Assembly: GCA_050084985.1 (NCBI GenBank)
Contig: JBITNC010000001.1
Coordinates: 102,238,001 to 102,302,000, forward strand
Direction of reading: 5' to 3'
Length of the DNA stretch: 64,000 nt
Source of the DNA: Nageia nagi
Lineage: Eukaryota; Plantae; Pinophyta
How positions within the stretch are numbered: position 1 is the stretch's first letter; each line of letters opens with the position of its first letter. Below the pieces are notes generated by a model. It had not been told where the DNA came from and did not search any database. It saw only the letters and a list, made by a program, of their open reading frames with translations. Below, piece by piece: positions 26,401 through 39,414 of the stretch. The translations under genes were made by a program, and so were the position numbers.

Positions 26401-29400
26401 TCTGATTAGATGGCTAATGTTGTTCCTATTTCCAAACCAACTAGTGAAATACAGGTATGTATAGATTTTTATGATATTAATAATGCTTGTCCAAAATATG
26501 ATTTTCTATTACCAAATATTGATATCATTGTTGATAGTATAGCTAGTCATGATACATTATCATTTATAGATGGATTTTTTTGCTATAACCAAATTTTGAT
26601 TAACCCTATTGATCAATATAAAATAGCTTTTACTAATCCTTGGGGTAATTTTTGTTGGATGGTTATGCCTTTTGAACTTAAAAATGCAAGAGATACATAT
26701 CAAAGAATAATGGTCACCATGTTTCATGAGCACATTCACAATACCGTGGAGGTATATGTTGATGATATTCTAGTAAAATCCAAGCAAGGACAAGATCATC
26801 TATAAGTGCTTGAAGAGGTATTCACCATTTTGTAAAGGTACAAACTAAGACTTAAACCTCAAAAGTGTGCATTTGGAGTTACTTCTCGTAACTTATTAGG
26901 ATTCATGGTTTCTAATAAAGGAATAGAAGTAGATCCTAAAAAAGTCAAAGCCATTGTTAGTATGCCTCCCCCCAAAAATTTGAAATAATTAATGAGCCCC
27001 CAAGATATAATAAATTCAATCAGAAGGTTCTTTTCACAACTTAGAGATAAATGTAGGCCATTCATTCATTTTCTCAAAAAGGATGTCAAATTCGTATGGG
27101 ATGAAAATTATCAAAAAACATTTGAGGATATCAAACAATATTTAATTCATCCTCCCATCCTAGTACCCATGGATTTTTCAAAACCTTCTTATTTATACAT
27201 CTCAGGCACATTATATGCACTAGGAACAATGCTTTTTCAAAAAGATATAGAAAATATGGAAAGAGCCATATATTATCTTAGCAAAACATTGATTGATTAT
27301 GAAACTAGATGCACTCCTATGGAAAACATTTGCTATGGTATTATTTTCACTACCAAAAAATTGAGGCATTATTTATTATATTGCACTACATTTGTTATTA
27401 GTCCTATTAACCCATTGAAATATCTTGTGGCTAAGCAACATATATTAGGTAGACTTGCAAAGTGGCTAATGTTATTACAGGGATTCAATATAAATGTGAT
27501 AAAATAAAAATTTATTAAAAGATAATCAATCATAGATTTGATAGTAGATTTCCTTCAAGACAGAGAGGAAGTTATCTATGAATAATTTCCAAATGAATAT
27601 TAGGATGACCCACACTGCTAGCAACATGCAGACCTACTAAAAGGATGCCAGTAATGTGACTTTGATGAGATCTCAATCACTGATGAGTACATATGTCTCA
27701 TGGAGGATGATTCAACTGTTTGGACCCTATATTTTGATGGTTTAAAATGTTCTCACAAAGTAGATGTAGTTATTATTTTGGTATCTCCTACAAATCAGGT
27801 AATCCCCATGGCATACAAACTTGCTTTTGATTATACAAACAATATGGCTAAATATGGGGCATTGATATTAGAATTGAAAGTTCTTGTACTTTTGAAAATT
27901 AAGAACATATAGATATATAGGGATGCCCAACTTGTTGTCAATCAAGTACAAGATCTCTTTGATACTAAGGATGAAAAGCTCATACCTTATAGACTTGTGG
28001 TCATTGATTTATTGGATCAATTTGATAGACATACTATTTGGAATATCCCAAGAACTAATAATAAGTATGCAGATGCAATGGCAAGTGTAGCTACACTAGT
28101 CCCAATTGAAATCAAAGATGAAGACACCATCCTTACAATTCATAAGTTAAGTTCTCCTTCTTATATAGATCATATGGATGAGATTCAGGCTTGCCTTATT
28201 ATAGAAGAAAATGATTTTCAGAATTGGTATGATGATACCTAGAAATATTTGAAAACTCAAAGCGTTCTTGATTGTTTTGATAGAAATGAAAGAGTAAGAT
28301 TGAAAAGAACTGCAACAAGATATGTGATCATTAGAGAATTCTTATATAAGAGATCATTTAATGGTGCATTATTGAGATGCCTAACACGGGATGAGATAGC
28401 TACTACCTTAGAACAAGCTCATGATGGTTTATGTGGTGGTCACTTCCATGAAAAAGCACTACATAGCAAATTTTTAAGGATTGGATACTATTGGCCTACT
28501 ATGCAAGAGGATTGTAAGGCTCATATTAAAACTTGTGTGCAATATCAAAAACATGCAAATTTAGATAAATAACCTATCCAAGAGTTACATTCTATTACTT
28601 CTCCATGGCCATTCACCACTTGGGGCACAGATTTGATTGGTATGATTAATCCTCATTCTAGGGAGGGACACAAATTTGTTATCACAGCTACAGAATTCAC
28701 CACCAAGTGGGTGGAAGCAATCCCAATGAAATCAATCACTCAAACTAAAGTCATTGCATTCCTCACCAAAAACATCATCACAAGGTTTGTTGTACCACAA
28801 AGGTTATTAATGGATAATGGCCCAAATTTCAAAGGTAAAGACATGAAGGCTTTTTGTAAAAAGTTTCATATTGCACAAACCTTTTCTTCCGTCTATTACC
28901 CTCAAGTTAATGGTCAAGTTGAAGCAACAAATAAGATAACCAAGAGCATACTTTTCAAAACATGGGATAAATATAAGAAAGATTGGCATGAGAAATTACC
29001 ATATGCATTATGGGCATATAGAACTAGTATCTGTGCAACCGCTAGGGCAACACCATTTTTATTAGTATATGGAGATGAAGCCATTGTCTCACTTGAGTTG
29101 GAGATCCCCTCCCTTAGAATATCCTTACAAGGATAAATATCCAATGAATATGCAATAAAATCAAAGTTGCAATAGCTAGAATCATTAGATGAGAAGAGAA
29201 TCAAAGCCATTGAACATCAAAAAGTATATCATGCAAAACTTAAGAGAGCATTTGAGAAAAAAATCAAAGTAAAGGAATTCAAGGTAGGAGATCTAGTGTT
29301 GAAAGAAAATATTAACAAAATAGCAGCAAATGAGAAAATAAAAGGCAAGTTTGAGCTCAATTGGCTAGGTCCATATGTTGTAATTGATGCAATAGGATTA

Positions 29401-29484
29401 GGTGCATATAGACTATCATCCATGGATGGCAAAGAAGAACCAAATACATTCAATGCCATCCATCTTAAACATTTCTATCCTTAG
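23448..29484 (+). pseudogene. Ogre gag-pol: gag, protease, G-patch, RT, RNase H, second (archaeal-type) RNase H, integrase
   Basis: Gag FPRSLKVDASQWF; PR LDNG..INV; G-patch GGLGKSEQ..IGLG (~25620-25735); RT VYVDDIL; RH; aRH WTLYFDG..TNNMA..ADAMAS (27715-28100); IN HDGLCGGH, DNGPNF, GQVE; C-terminal GKFELNWLGPY. Many stops. Confidence 0.93.
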
Positions 29485-29959
29485 AAATGACAACATTATG
29501 CCTCAAAAAATAAAGAATTCATGAGCAGGGCATGCAAACTTTTATTTTTTCAAAAAAAAAATGAGGAACATGAGAAGTATTATCTCCTCTTCTAGACTTC
29601 ATTCTACATTTTGCATTACATTTCTCACAACTATGAACAACACTATTCTCTTCCATATGTTGTCAATTCATGACTATTACCCAAATGGTAACGTGGTGGA
29701 TTTGGGTTGTGGCACGCTTCATGCATGTGAGAATATGGCTTCCCTTACCCCTTTTTTAGCATTAGCTAGGGGCAATCTCATATTCAATTGAAAGTATAAT
29801 GAATAAATAGATATTGACCCACAGAAGATAAAATAATTTTATTTGAAACAAATTCAAGGATTTGTACATTACCAACAGCATAGATGAATGTTAGCATGAT
29901 GCCAATAGTGTGAAAAAGAGAGAGAGAGAGAGAGAGAAAAGAAGAAAAAATTCAATATC

Positions 29960-30495
29960 TTCAAATCATAGACATAAAATGTATGATTGTCGATGGCCAA
30001 TGGCACGGTTAGTGAGAGTTCACTCACTTAAAAGTAAACCAATGATACAACTATGAGCAAGTTGTTGATATTGACTCATCATCAATGGACAATACAACTT
30101 ACTATGTACCCACATGGTTTTTTCTTTTGAACCAATCCAAAGCATATTATCGTCAGATCATAGACATAAAACATATGATCATCGATGGCCAACAATATGG
30201 CTAGTGAGAGTTCACTCAAAAGTAAATCGACGATACAACCATAAGCAAGTTGTTGACATTGACTCATCATCAATGGATGATACAACTTACAATGTATCCA
30301 CATGGTTTTTGATTTGAACCATTCCAAAGCATACTATTTTCGGATCATAGACATAAAACGTATGATCATCAATGGCCAATGACATAGGTAGTGAGAGTTC
30401 ACTCACTTAAAAGATAAATTGATGATCTAGTTGTAAGTAGATTGTTGACATTGATTCATTATCAATGGAATATGCAACTCACTATGCATCCACTA
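29960..30495 (+). repeat. ~190-bp tandem array (~2.8 copies) in the Ogre 3' UTR
   Basis: Units start near 29965, 30157 and 30345; homologous to the 3010-3730 array. Confidence 0.93.
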
Positions 30496-31701
30496 TGTTT
30501 TTATGATTGACTTTTCATTGAAGGTTTATACATTCTGAAGAGCAGAAGAAAATACAAAGAATTCTAAGCTGTCAGTGGCATGCATATTGTTCCCTAAGTT
30601 GTCAGCAATGTTCATTTCATCACCATTTTAGTTTACTCAAAGTAGATCCTCTCTATTTAATGGTATGTACATAAGTGAAAATGGTTCTTGAGTATCAGAA
30701 ATGATAGAATAGCTAGATTCATGATTGAAGTAGTACAAGGGGCAAAAACATATCTGCCATCTCAAAAATTGGATATGGGAACATACAGCTACCTGATAGC
30801 ATAGTCATTTCTATTATCTACACAACATCATTCTTGGAGAGAGATTCTTTATCATATTTTTTCTTGGTTGCACCATTCAATGATCTTTTCTAGAGTAAAC
30901 AAGTCAAAAGGGGATAGCAAGGAACCCTCATCATCATCATCAACAACAACAACAACAACAAAAGATAGTACAATAAAGAGTTCAAAGTTCTCAAAAAAAA
31001 ATCTTCTACATTTCTTTGGACATGTAATTTCATTTCTTCAATAACACTTCCAAAGAAGGGCAAATTTAGATCCCTAAAAATGAATTATTATTTATTAAAT
31101 AATTAATTTTAGAACCTCATGATGTATTATATGAAAAAGAGTTAAATTTTACCCAAAGTCATGTCAAAGCTATGCAATATGTCTAGTGGACCCTTATGGC
31201 ATGTACAAGGGGTCAAAAATATCAAAGTTATGTAAACTTGTATCATATATAAAGGCATCAATTGATGACCTTAAAGATCATCTCTAAAAGAGAGGTCATA
31301 GAAAAACAAATATGAGGAGGACCCAAAAGAGATTCTAGCACAAAATACATCACTCTGTTATGTGCAAATATTATTTGTAAGTTATATATTATGTTTGCTA
31401 TCTAATGATTCTTCCATTCGCTCATTGCTACATTCTTTATGTATTTGTTAAATTGCTTATCTTAAGCCGTCAGCAAAGTGCTAAGTATAAGAAGCCAATG
31501 ACATGCAATTGAATGAATGTATGCTTATCTTTTGTGTATGTTTCTTTTTACGAAATGAACATGCAATCTAATTAAACACAAGTGTCTTTCTATTATGCAT
31601 TATTGCCATATTTTAGATATATGCATTAATAAGAAACAAGTAGAACAATAGTGCATTAATTAACCCTCATAAATAATTAATTACATTATTTTAGGTCTAC
31701 A

Positions 31702-34230
31702 AATATCATGGAGTGGAGAAGCTATAAAAGAAAAATTAGCAATAAAGTTTCAAAGATATTGCACAACTCCAAGAAAATGCCTTGTTTTTGTCACATTAGT
31801 GGGTGTAGGCCATTGCACAACAGCCTCTACTTTGGTAGGATCTATCTTCAATTAGCCTTCACCTACAATGTGGCCTATATAGATTAAGCTTTTCCTAACA
31901 AACTCACACTAATATATTTTCAAAAAGAGTTTATCTTCCCTTAATACTTCAGACACTTTACGAAAGTGCATAACATGATCATTTCAATCATTGTTGTAAA
32001 TAAGAATATCATCTAGATACAATATAACAAAATCATCAAGAAAGGGTCTCAAAACCTCATTCATCACTCATAAAAGTAGCAAGAGCATTGCATAAACTAA
32101 AAATTAAAACCAACCACTCAAAAAATCCTTGTTTAGTTTTAAAGGTAGTTTTCCAAACATCCTCATCTTTAACTGTACTTGATGATAACCACTCCTTAAG
32201 TCATGTTTTGTAAAAAGTTTATTTTTTGTAATTAGTCCATTAAATCATCAATGTATGGTAATGGATATCGATTCTTTATCATGATTTTGTTTAATACCCT
32301 ATAATCCACACACATACACTAAGTTCCATCTTTCTTTGAAATTATAACAATAGGAGAACCACAAGGTGAAGTGCTAGGTATAATGACTCCTTGATTTAAC
32401 AATTCTTTGATTGTTTCTTAATTTCTTCACTTTCCATGATAAAACGTCTATATAAGCTAATATTAGGAAGTGCTACATCTTGATGTAATTGAATTTCATG
32501 TTGAATATATTTTTTAGATGGAAGTTCTTTAGATACTTGAAATAAATCCTCAAATTCAAAAATTACCTCTTTAACTTCTTTGTAGTGAGGATCGCATTCA
32601 TCAAGAGCTTTTATACTTTCTAGTTCATTTTGAGATCTCACCATTGCAAATGCAAACATTTGTCCTTCATTAATAAGTCTCTTTGCTTGTCCTGCAGTAA
32701 TCAAAGAAATACTCTTTGCCTTGTTTTGATGAGCATTGACCATATACTCAATTCCATCCTTAATGAGTCTATATAAATTTTCCTTTCTATAGAACAAAGC
32801 ATCTTTATCATATAGATAAGGACTTCCTAGCACAATCCCACAAATGTCCAAAGGAACAACATCAAATAATACTTCATCTTTGAATTCCCTATTAATTTTT
32901 GCATTGTTGAGTAACTTGTAACTTGGACTTTTTATGAAACCATCCCAATGGATATGGATTTGGATGTGGTTGTGTAGTAAGTGCAAGTGATCAAATATAC
33001 TCCTCTGCAATCAAGTTAGCTTGTGAATCAGGATCAATTATTGTATGAATTCTACTTTTTTTGGCTTGTACCTTGATATAAAAAAGTTCAATTCATTTCA
33101 TTTCCTCATTAGCATTAGATGTGTCATGCAAGACCATACATGTCATTTTCTCATCTACATCAAAACCATCATCTATTTATTTTGTAATAGTGGCTACTTG
33201 TTCCTTTTTTCTTTCCATTTAGGCTTAGGGTGTAGTTCAAGATGTAATTTCAAACACTTAGCCTCTAAATGATCCTCTTTATTATAATGAGTACATTGTT
33301 CTTTAGATTTTCCTTTTTGAACTATACAAGTAGTGTTCTCTTTTCCTTTCGCCTTCCCTTTATCCTTTTTAGAATTATTTTTAGCAGTATTTTTCTTGTT
33401 TCCATCCCTTACAAATTTACCCCTTTCTTCAAAATTTGTAGCTTGAACACAAACATTATCCATTTTAGTCGGATTAAACATCAATAATATATGCGTCAAA
33501 TAATTATGCAAACCACCAATATACTTAAGAAGAGTATCTTAGAAATTAAAAGAAATACCTAGCATTGTAGCTCTTTTTTAGAACTCTATAGTGTACTCTT
33601 ACACACTTTTTCCTTTACTTTGATGGAAACTTTTCCATCGCATGACTACCTTTTGTCGATAGCCCAATGGATAAAATTGATCTCTTAGCATTTGTACAAA
33701 ATGATCTCAAGTAGAAATGAAAGTCTTAAGTGATTCTTTCTCACTTTAAAGAAGGATTTCCCACCAAATAAGTGTTGTACCATCCATTTTAATGGTTGCT
33801 AATTAAATTCTATCCTCATCATTTACAATATGTTGAATTCTACAATATACTTCAATTTGTTTTATCCAATAATCTAACTTCTTAACATTTACTTCACCAG
33901 TAAACATTGGAAAATCAAATTTAACTTCTAATTTCAAAGGAGAACTTTTAATAGGATTTTCTTATCTCTCATTAATTAGTTTGTTACCTTCACTTGTTTC
34001 ACCTTTAGTTTTCTTTAATTGTTGTTATTGAAAATATTAAAATTGTAGAGATATTTTTTGAAATATTGTTATGAGATCTACAAGTTGTTTTTTAACATTA
34101 GATCCACCTTTGTTGGTCATGGCTGCAGGCTCTCTTTGCTTCTTCAACCAAATCCTAGAACCAATTTCAGGATATCCTTCCACAATATCCCCTTCTCCTT
34201 TCTATCTTTGTAATCTGGTATTCATGCAAG
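31702..34230 (-). pseudogene. Element B gag, protease and RT
   Basis: Gag FDFPM..GEVN..LDYWIKQ; FDVVPLDICGIVLGSPYLYD; RT motifs including IVYLDDILIY (~32005-32030). Confidence 0.9.
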
Positions 34231-35476
34231 AATAATTCCAAAACATCCAACAATAAACTAGCAAAAATACAATAACTGCTCTGATACCAAACTTGATCCA
34301 TAATTTAAAAGATTAAATTTAAATTGTAATCCTTCCCAAGATCAATTCACACTCAATAAAATTAAGTGCTTGCAACTGGAAGATTTAGAAACAAATTGGA
34401 ACTATGTGCAAAATGAGCAAAGAAACACAAATCACATCACACAGAGACAAATTAATTACCCTACTTCACTCTATCTGGGCTACAACTTGCAACAAAATCT
34501 CTCTTCAATTAGTGGGTGAAATGATATACAATGACCTCCATTTTCCTTAAGCACCTCTTGTCACATTTACACAAACACCATAGTTATGAAACACATAAAA
34601 AATTGCTCTCCAACTCTCTACAGTCCTTATCCTTGAACACCCCCAACTTGCCTCTTTTTATAAGAAAAAGATAGGTTCAAATTGGAGTGATTTACAAAAA
34701 AGAAGTAACCATAAAAATGCTATTTTTAGATACCAAATATTTCCATCGTTTAGCCAATCTCCCGATATTGACTTCCAAACACAAACAAACTCACTCTCTA
34801 GAAATACATAGGCTTGCAAATATTCTCAACCCAATAATAGACCAAAACACCAATAAAATAAAATAAAACATCTTATAAACCATGTAAATCTCAAAAATAG
34901 GTTAGATCCTATCATAGGTAACCACTTGGCAGCACCAAAATAAACTTTGCATAGTCAAATGGTGTTTGGTGGCATCTGCTAGCAGTCTAAGCAATAGGCA
35001 GGTGAAGGCGATCAATGGTCATTATTATTAGGTGGTTTACCTACTATATGAGTAGCTAAACAAGTGAATTGAAAGTCAAAACCCACCTACTCCTACCATG
35101 TTAGACCCCTCCACACCATTGACATTAGGGTTGCAAGCAGTCTTCTCCACAATGTTGATTGCTAGGCTTCGATTGCTAGAATTGGGTAGCTACACTAGTC
35201 TTTCGCCCTCCATATCAATCGCCACATCATCACCTATGCGTGGGCCTGGTTTTTCTTTACAATTTTGCCCCTTTTTTTAATATTTCATTATATATATATA
35301 TATATATATAGAATTTTGATTTTATATTAAAAAAAAATATCACAAACTTTGAAACCACATATCTCACACATATGACATCGGGTTCTCGATCCGAAAAAAA
35401 CATCACAAAGAAAAGACAAATTGAATGTCATAAACTTGAGCATACTAAATATCAAGATGATCTAAATTTTGGATCA

Positions 35477-36900
35477 ATATTCTATAACCTTCACCTGAAG
35501 ATTTGATTATCATAAGTACAAACCTCTTACTAATGTTAATCATTCTCTTAGTTTGGATCATTGTCACCATCAAAATTCTCTCTTTTCTTTTATGGGCATT
35601 AATAATACAAGTTGATTTTTTTCTATGATAAATTGCATCTCTATCAAACAAATATGGGTTCCCAAAAAATACAACATAACTATTTAATGGCACCACATCT
35701 ACAGTTACTTCAACAATAAATCTAATGCATCCAACCCAAAGGAAATGGATATGGATGGTTACAAGTCTCAAACCCTAACTTTTGCACCATACTTTTAGCA
35801 ATGTTAATAGCCTATGATCGTGGATCAAAAATGGAATAAATTATAATCTTCTTGGATTGTATCTTAATATAGAATATTTGTGTCCTTACCTCCTCCTCAC
35901 TACACTCATTATGCGCTTCAACCTTCTGAACTATTGCGCAAGTAATTCCTTCATCCACCTTTGAACTATTATCAACTTCTTCATTCCTAGTCACCATGGT
36001 AGTCTTATTTTCATTATATTTTTCCTCTTTAAATATGGAGAGAATTTTAGGTGAATCTTCCAACATGTTTCATTAGTATGTTCATCCTTGTCACAATGTG
36101 TAAAATACCTCGTCTCATCATTTTTCTTTTTGGTTGTAGTATCCTTCTTATCTTGGGTCCTTAATTTATCTTTGTCTTCAGACTTCCCTTTCTCATGACC
36201 TTGTTGATTATTCTTGGATTTGTTACATTAATACTTTTGTTTCCCACCTTTTTAAGGTATTGTTCTTGTAAATTCACTTGGTCAAGATTGGTATAATTGA
36301 AAAATATTATTGTCCTTCTCAAACAATTGTGCAAACCTCCATTATACTTCATCAACACTTGTGGACCTATAAGAGAAATCCCAAGCAATGTAGCCTTCTT
36401 TCTAAATTTTTTTGTGTACTCTTTTATAGTTTTCCCTTTTTTTTTATGTAAAGAGTTGTTATTTCATGAGTCACTTATATTGGCCTAGAGGATATACTTG
36501 CTTCCTAAGTAAGTCCTTGAAATCTTCCCATGATGTAATGGATGGTTGGTTATCATTCCTAAGAATTCAACATGGGTTTTCCACTAAACTAAAGCATGTC
36601 ATTACATATTGAGTATTGCAAAGGAGATTTTTTGCTCACCATTGATCACACCTTGTACTTGGAGATATGCCTTTAGTTGCTTCAACCAATTATTTAACTT
36701 ATTAGTATCAACTTCTCCAAGTGTAGGGATATCCACCTTAGCCTCTACCTTGAAGGGAACTAAAGAAGGTCCTACAACTTTTGGTGATTTTATGTCTTTA
36801 TCAAATTATCTTTGCTCCTCATTCCTAGGTTATTTAGCTTGAATTGGCACTATGATTTGGGTGAGTGTGTTATCCATTCTAAGGAGCCCCCTTTCAAAGT
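35477..36900 (-). pseudogene. Element A gag and protease
   Basis: VLMKYNGGLH, SIFDPRS, VDVVPLNSYVVFFGNPYLFDRDA; paralogous to element B. Confidence 0.85.
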
Positions 36901-38689
36901 CCTCATTACACATCTTGTTCTTGATTACTCTTCCTCCACAGAAGTATTCCACAATCTTTTCCCAATTTTTGGGTTATATGAAACTAATTCATATAATTAA
37001 AACCTTCTACCCTACATACACAAGTCTCCATAATGAACCTAACTTATGATACCACATGATGTGTAATCTCTAGTAAGTTATGTTTTTATTATATCTTCAT
37101 ATATAAATTTAAAAATCATTTCTATACAAATTAATCTTATGTTCCTAATATGAGAAAATATTGATTATCAAGAAATAAAATAGCTAGTAATAAAATGCAG
37201 ACACATAATAGAACATAAGTATTTATAATGGTGAAACCTCAGTGTTCGGGAACATCTACTTAAAAGAGCTTTCATTTATAAATTTATCAAAATGAAGTAA
37301 TGCAACTATAGTAGGCAAGTAGGACATTGCCTTTACAAGTACAACACAATCCCAACAATCTCTAAAATTACTTCTTGACTAGTTTTATCAATCCTCCAAC
37401 ATTCTCCAAACTCAACAATGTCAAAGAACCTATAACAATAGTCAAATCAACCCCTCAACGAGTTTCTCATGGGGTATTTAAATTTTTAAACTCTTGTGTA
37501 TTTGCTTGCAAATGACTCCTAAGATCTCCAAACACTTCAACATACACATGACTCTTTGTGTTCCTCACAAAACATCTTTTTTCTATGTAGTGTTGATGAT
37601 GGGTATAGTGTTTATGTTGAAATTTAGGTCAACACTCAAGTAACAAAGTTCAATTCCATTTTAGTGGTAGGTATGTGGAATTCATTTCATGGCTTTGTTC
37701 ACACCAAATCTCTCCCATAACACTCTAGGATTAATGTGACACTCAACACTATAGTCCCCATCAATTTGATAGCCTAAATTTGTCATTTCCTAATGTTGGC
37801 CCTATCCACAACATTGGTACTAAGAAACTTACAAATAAATAGAACCATATCTCAAAGGAATATACCAAACTCTTAGCATGAATTCTTTTGCTCTTCACTC
37901 CAAGATGTTTGATCTCCTCAAATTGATCCTTTTATATCATGACAAGGCCATTGTTATGTCATTCTGCATGGGTATAAAAGACATGTCATTTTTATGCTTA
38001 TACATTTGTGGAATGTCTCCTCATACAACTGTCAATTGTAATGATTACTCACATAAGGAAATTAAGTTCCTCTACAACTATAAATAAGGAAATAACTATT
38101 CTTTTTCCATTTCAAATTGTAGGTTTTTTATTGTAATCTCCAATAATAACTTTGTGTTACATTGAGCTATGAATAGTAACAATAGTACATAAAAAATATG
38201 GTCTTTCAATTGGATATTTTGTTAGAATTTAGGATTGCATTTTGCTTTCATAGCTTAATAATAATGCAACCTAGAATTCCCCATATTTTGCAATTGAATT
38301 TCAATGCCACATGCATGTCTCAATGTACGCAACAAGCAAAAAGTTTGTAACTCCAACATAGGACTTCCACTCATGATATAATTATTTTCTCTATAATCAT
38401 ACTTAACTTTCATGTGCCAATGTATGTAGAGCCACAAAAGAGTCTTTAGCTCCATGTGTTGTTGCAAACTCTTTTTTAGCTTCCGCATACATTAAGATAT
38501 GTTAGATAATAGTTATTATTAGAAATGCTCAATAGTTAAATCAATTTGACATACAATTTAATTTCTTTTGCATTATGGCTTAATATTGCCAATTAAAAAA
38601 TATAAGTGTTTATCAGTATTGTCCCATATTTACTTAGAGGGGGGAGAGGGAGGGATCCATATCACCATGATTTTATAAGTCAATTTCAA

Positions 38690-38900
38690 GGAGGTCCTAG
38701 AATTTACCTTGCTACATAATGAACCTAGTAGATGGAAAATACCTAAAACACCTTGGGATCAAAGAATTTGTAAGTGTAGTAGCCTAAATATCATAAAGGA
38801 TGAAACTCATTTGTAATTACAACTCGATCCATAAATTTTTAAATCAATATAACCAAAAAAAGCTTGGCAATTTTATTATACAACTTCATTATGTGAGAAA
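38690..38900 (+). mobile_element. LINE ORF2 C-terminal Cys/His remnant (RTE-X/L2-like type)
   Basis: SRWKIPKTPWDQRICKC....IKDETH matches the GRW..P...R.C..C....EDE.H pattern. Confidence 0.6.
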
Positions 38901-39414
38901 AAATTATTCAAATACTTAATTGATATATGTATTTAATTCTTGACAAACTTTAATAGGTCCTAAAAAATAACGAGTTTAAAAGGACATTAAAAGGATTTTT
39001 TATTTATTTATCAATTGTATTTCATTTTATGTTCTTTGTGTAATTTATTGAAGAGAAAAATGATATTAATGTTTTATTCTACAATAATAATGATATCATT
39101 CCTATCATGAAGTTGTTGAAACATGCAATCTAAGTAGTGATGAATTAAGAGCTTGTAAATTGTATATCTGAATTGTATTCATCTAAGATCTTATCCAATC
39201 CAAGTGCTATTGAAGATACATTATTTGAGGATTGACATCAAATAGATGCATTTCCTCTATTTTTGTTTATAGTTGTTGAATATTGAATGATGTTATGCTC
39301 TATTATATTAGTCATTTCATATAATTAGTATTACAATATTTATCATTTAATTATGTAAGTGATTGAATTTGATTTATTGTTTAATATAATTCATTTACAT
39401 CATCTTAAGTATTT

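Larger units (their letters stand above)
22690..31701 (+). mobile_element. Complete Ogre/Tat-type Gypsy element (copy 2), nested in element B at the RT-RNase H junction
   Basis: LTRs 22690-23326 and 31065-31701 (637 bp each), TSD aatag/aatat, PPT aaagaagggcaaa. The host reading frame ASPLHDI|TWKNHGFKWG rejoins across it. Confidence 0.93.
19469..35476 (-). mobile_element. Gypsy element B (chromovirus/CRM-like) nested in element A between PR and RT
   Basis: LTRs 34294-35476 and 19469-20690 (TGATCC...GGATCA). Perfect PBS gctctgatacca at 34278-34289, PPT at 20691-20700. The TSD is only 3/5 (gtctt/atatt). Confidence 0.9.
13855..37939 (-). mobile_element. Gypsy element A (chromovirus/CRM-like), outermost layer of the nest
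   Basis: 5' LTR 37057-37939 with PBS tgatacca at 37047-37054. 3' LTR 13855-16145 (interrupted) with PPT (cacctcccc) at 16146. TSD tgaaa/tgaca. Gag-PR at 35477-36900; RT/RH/IN at 16150-19468. Confidence 0.85.
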
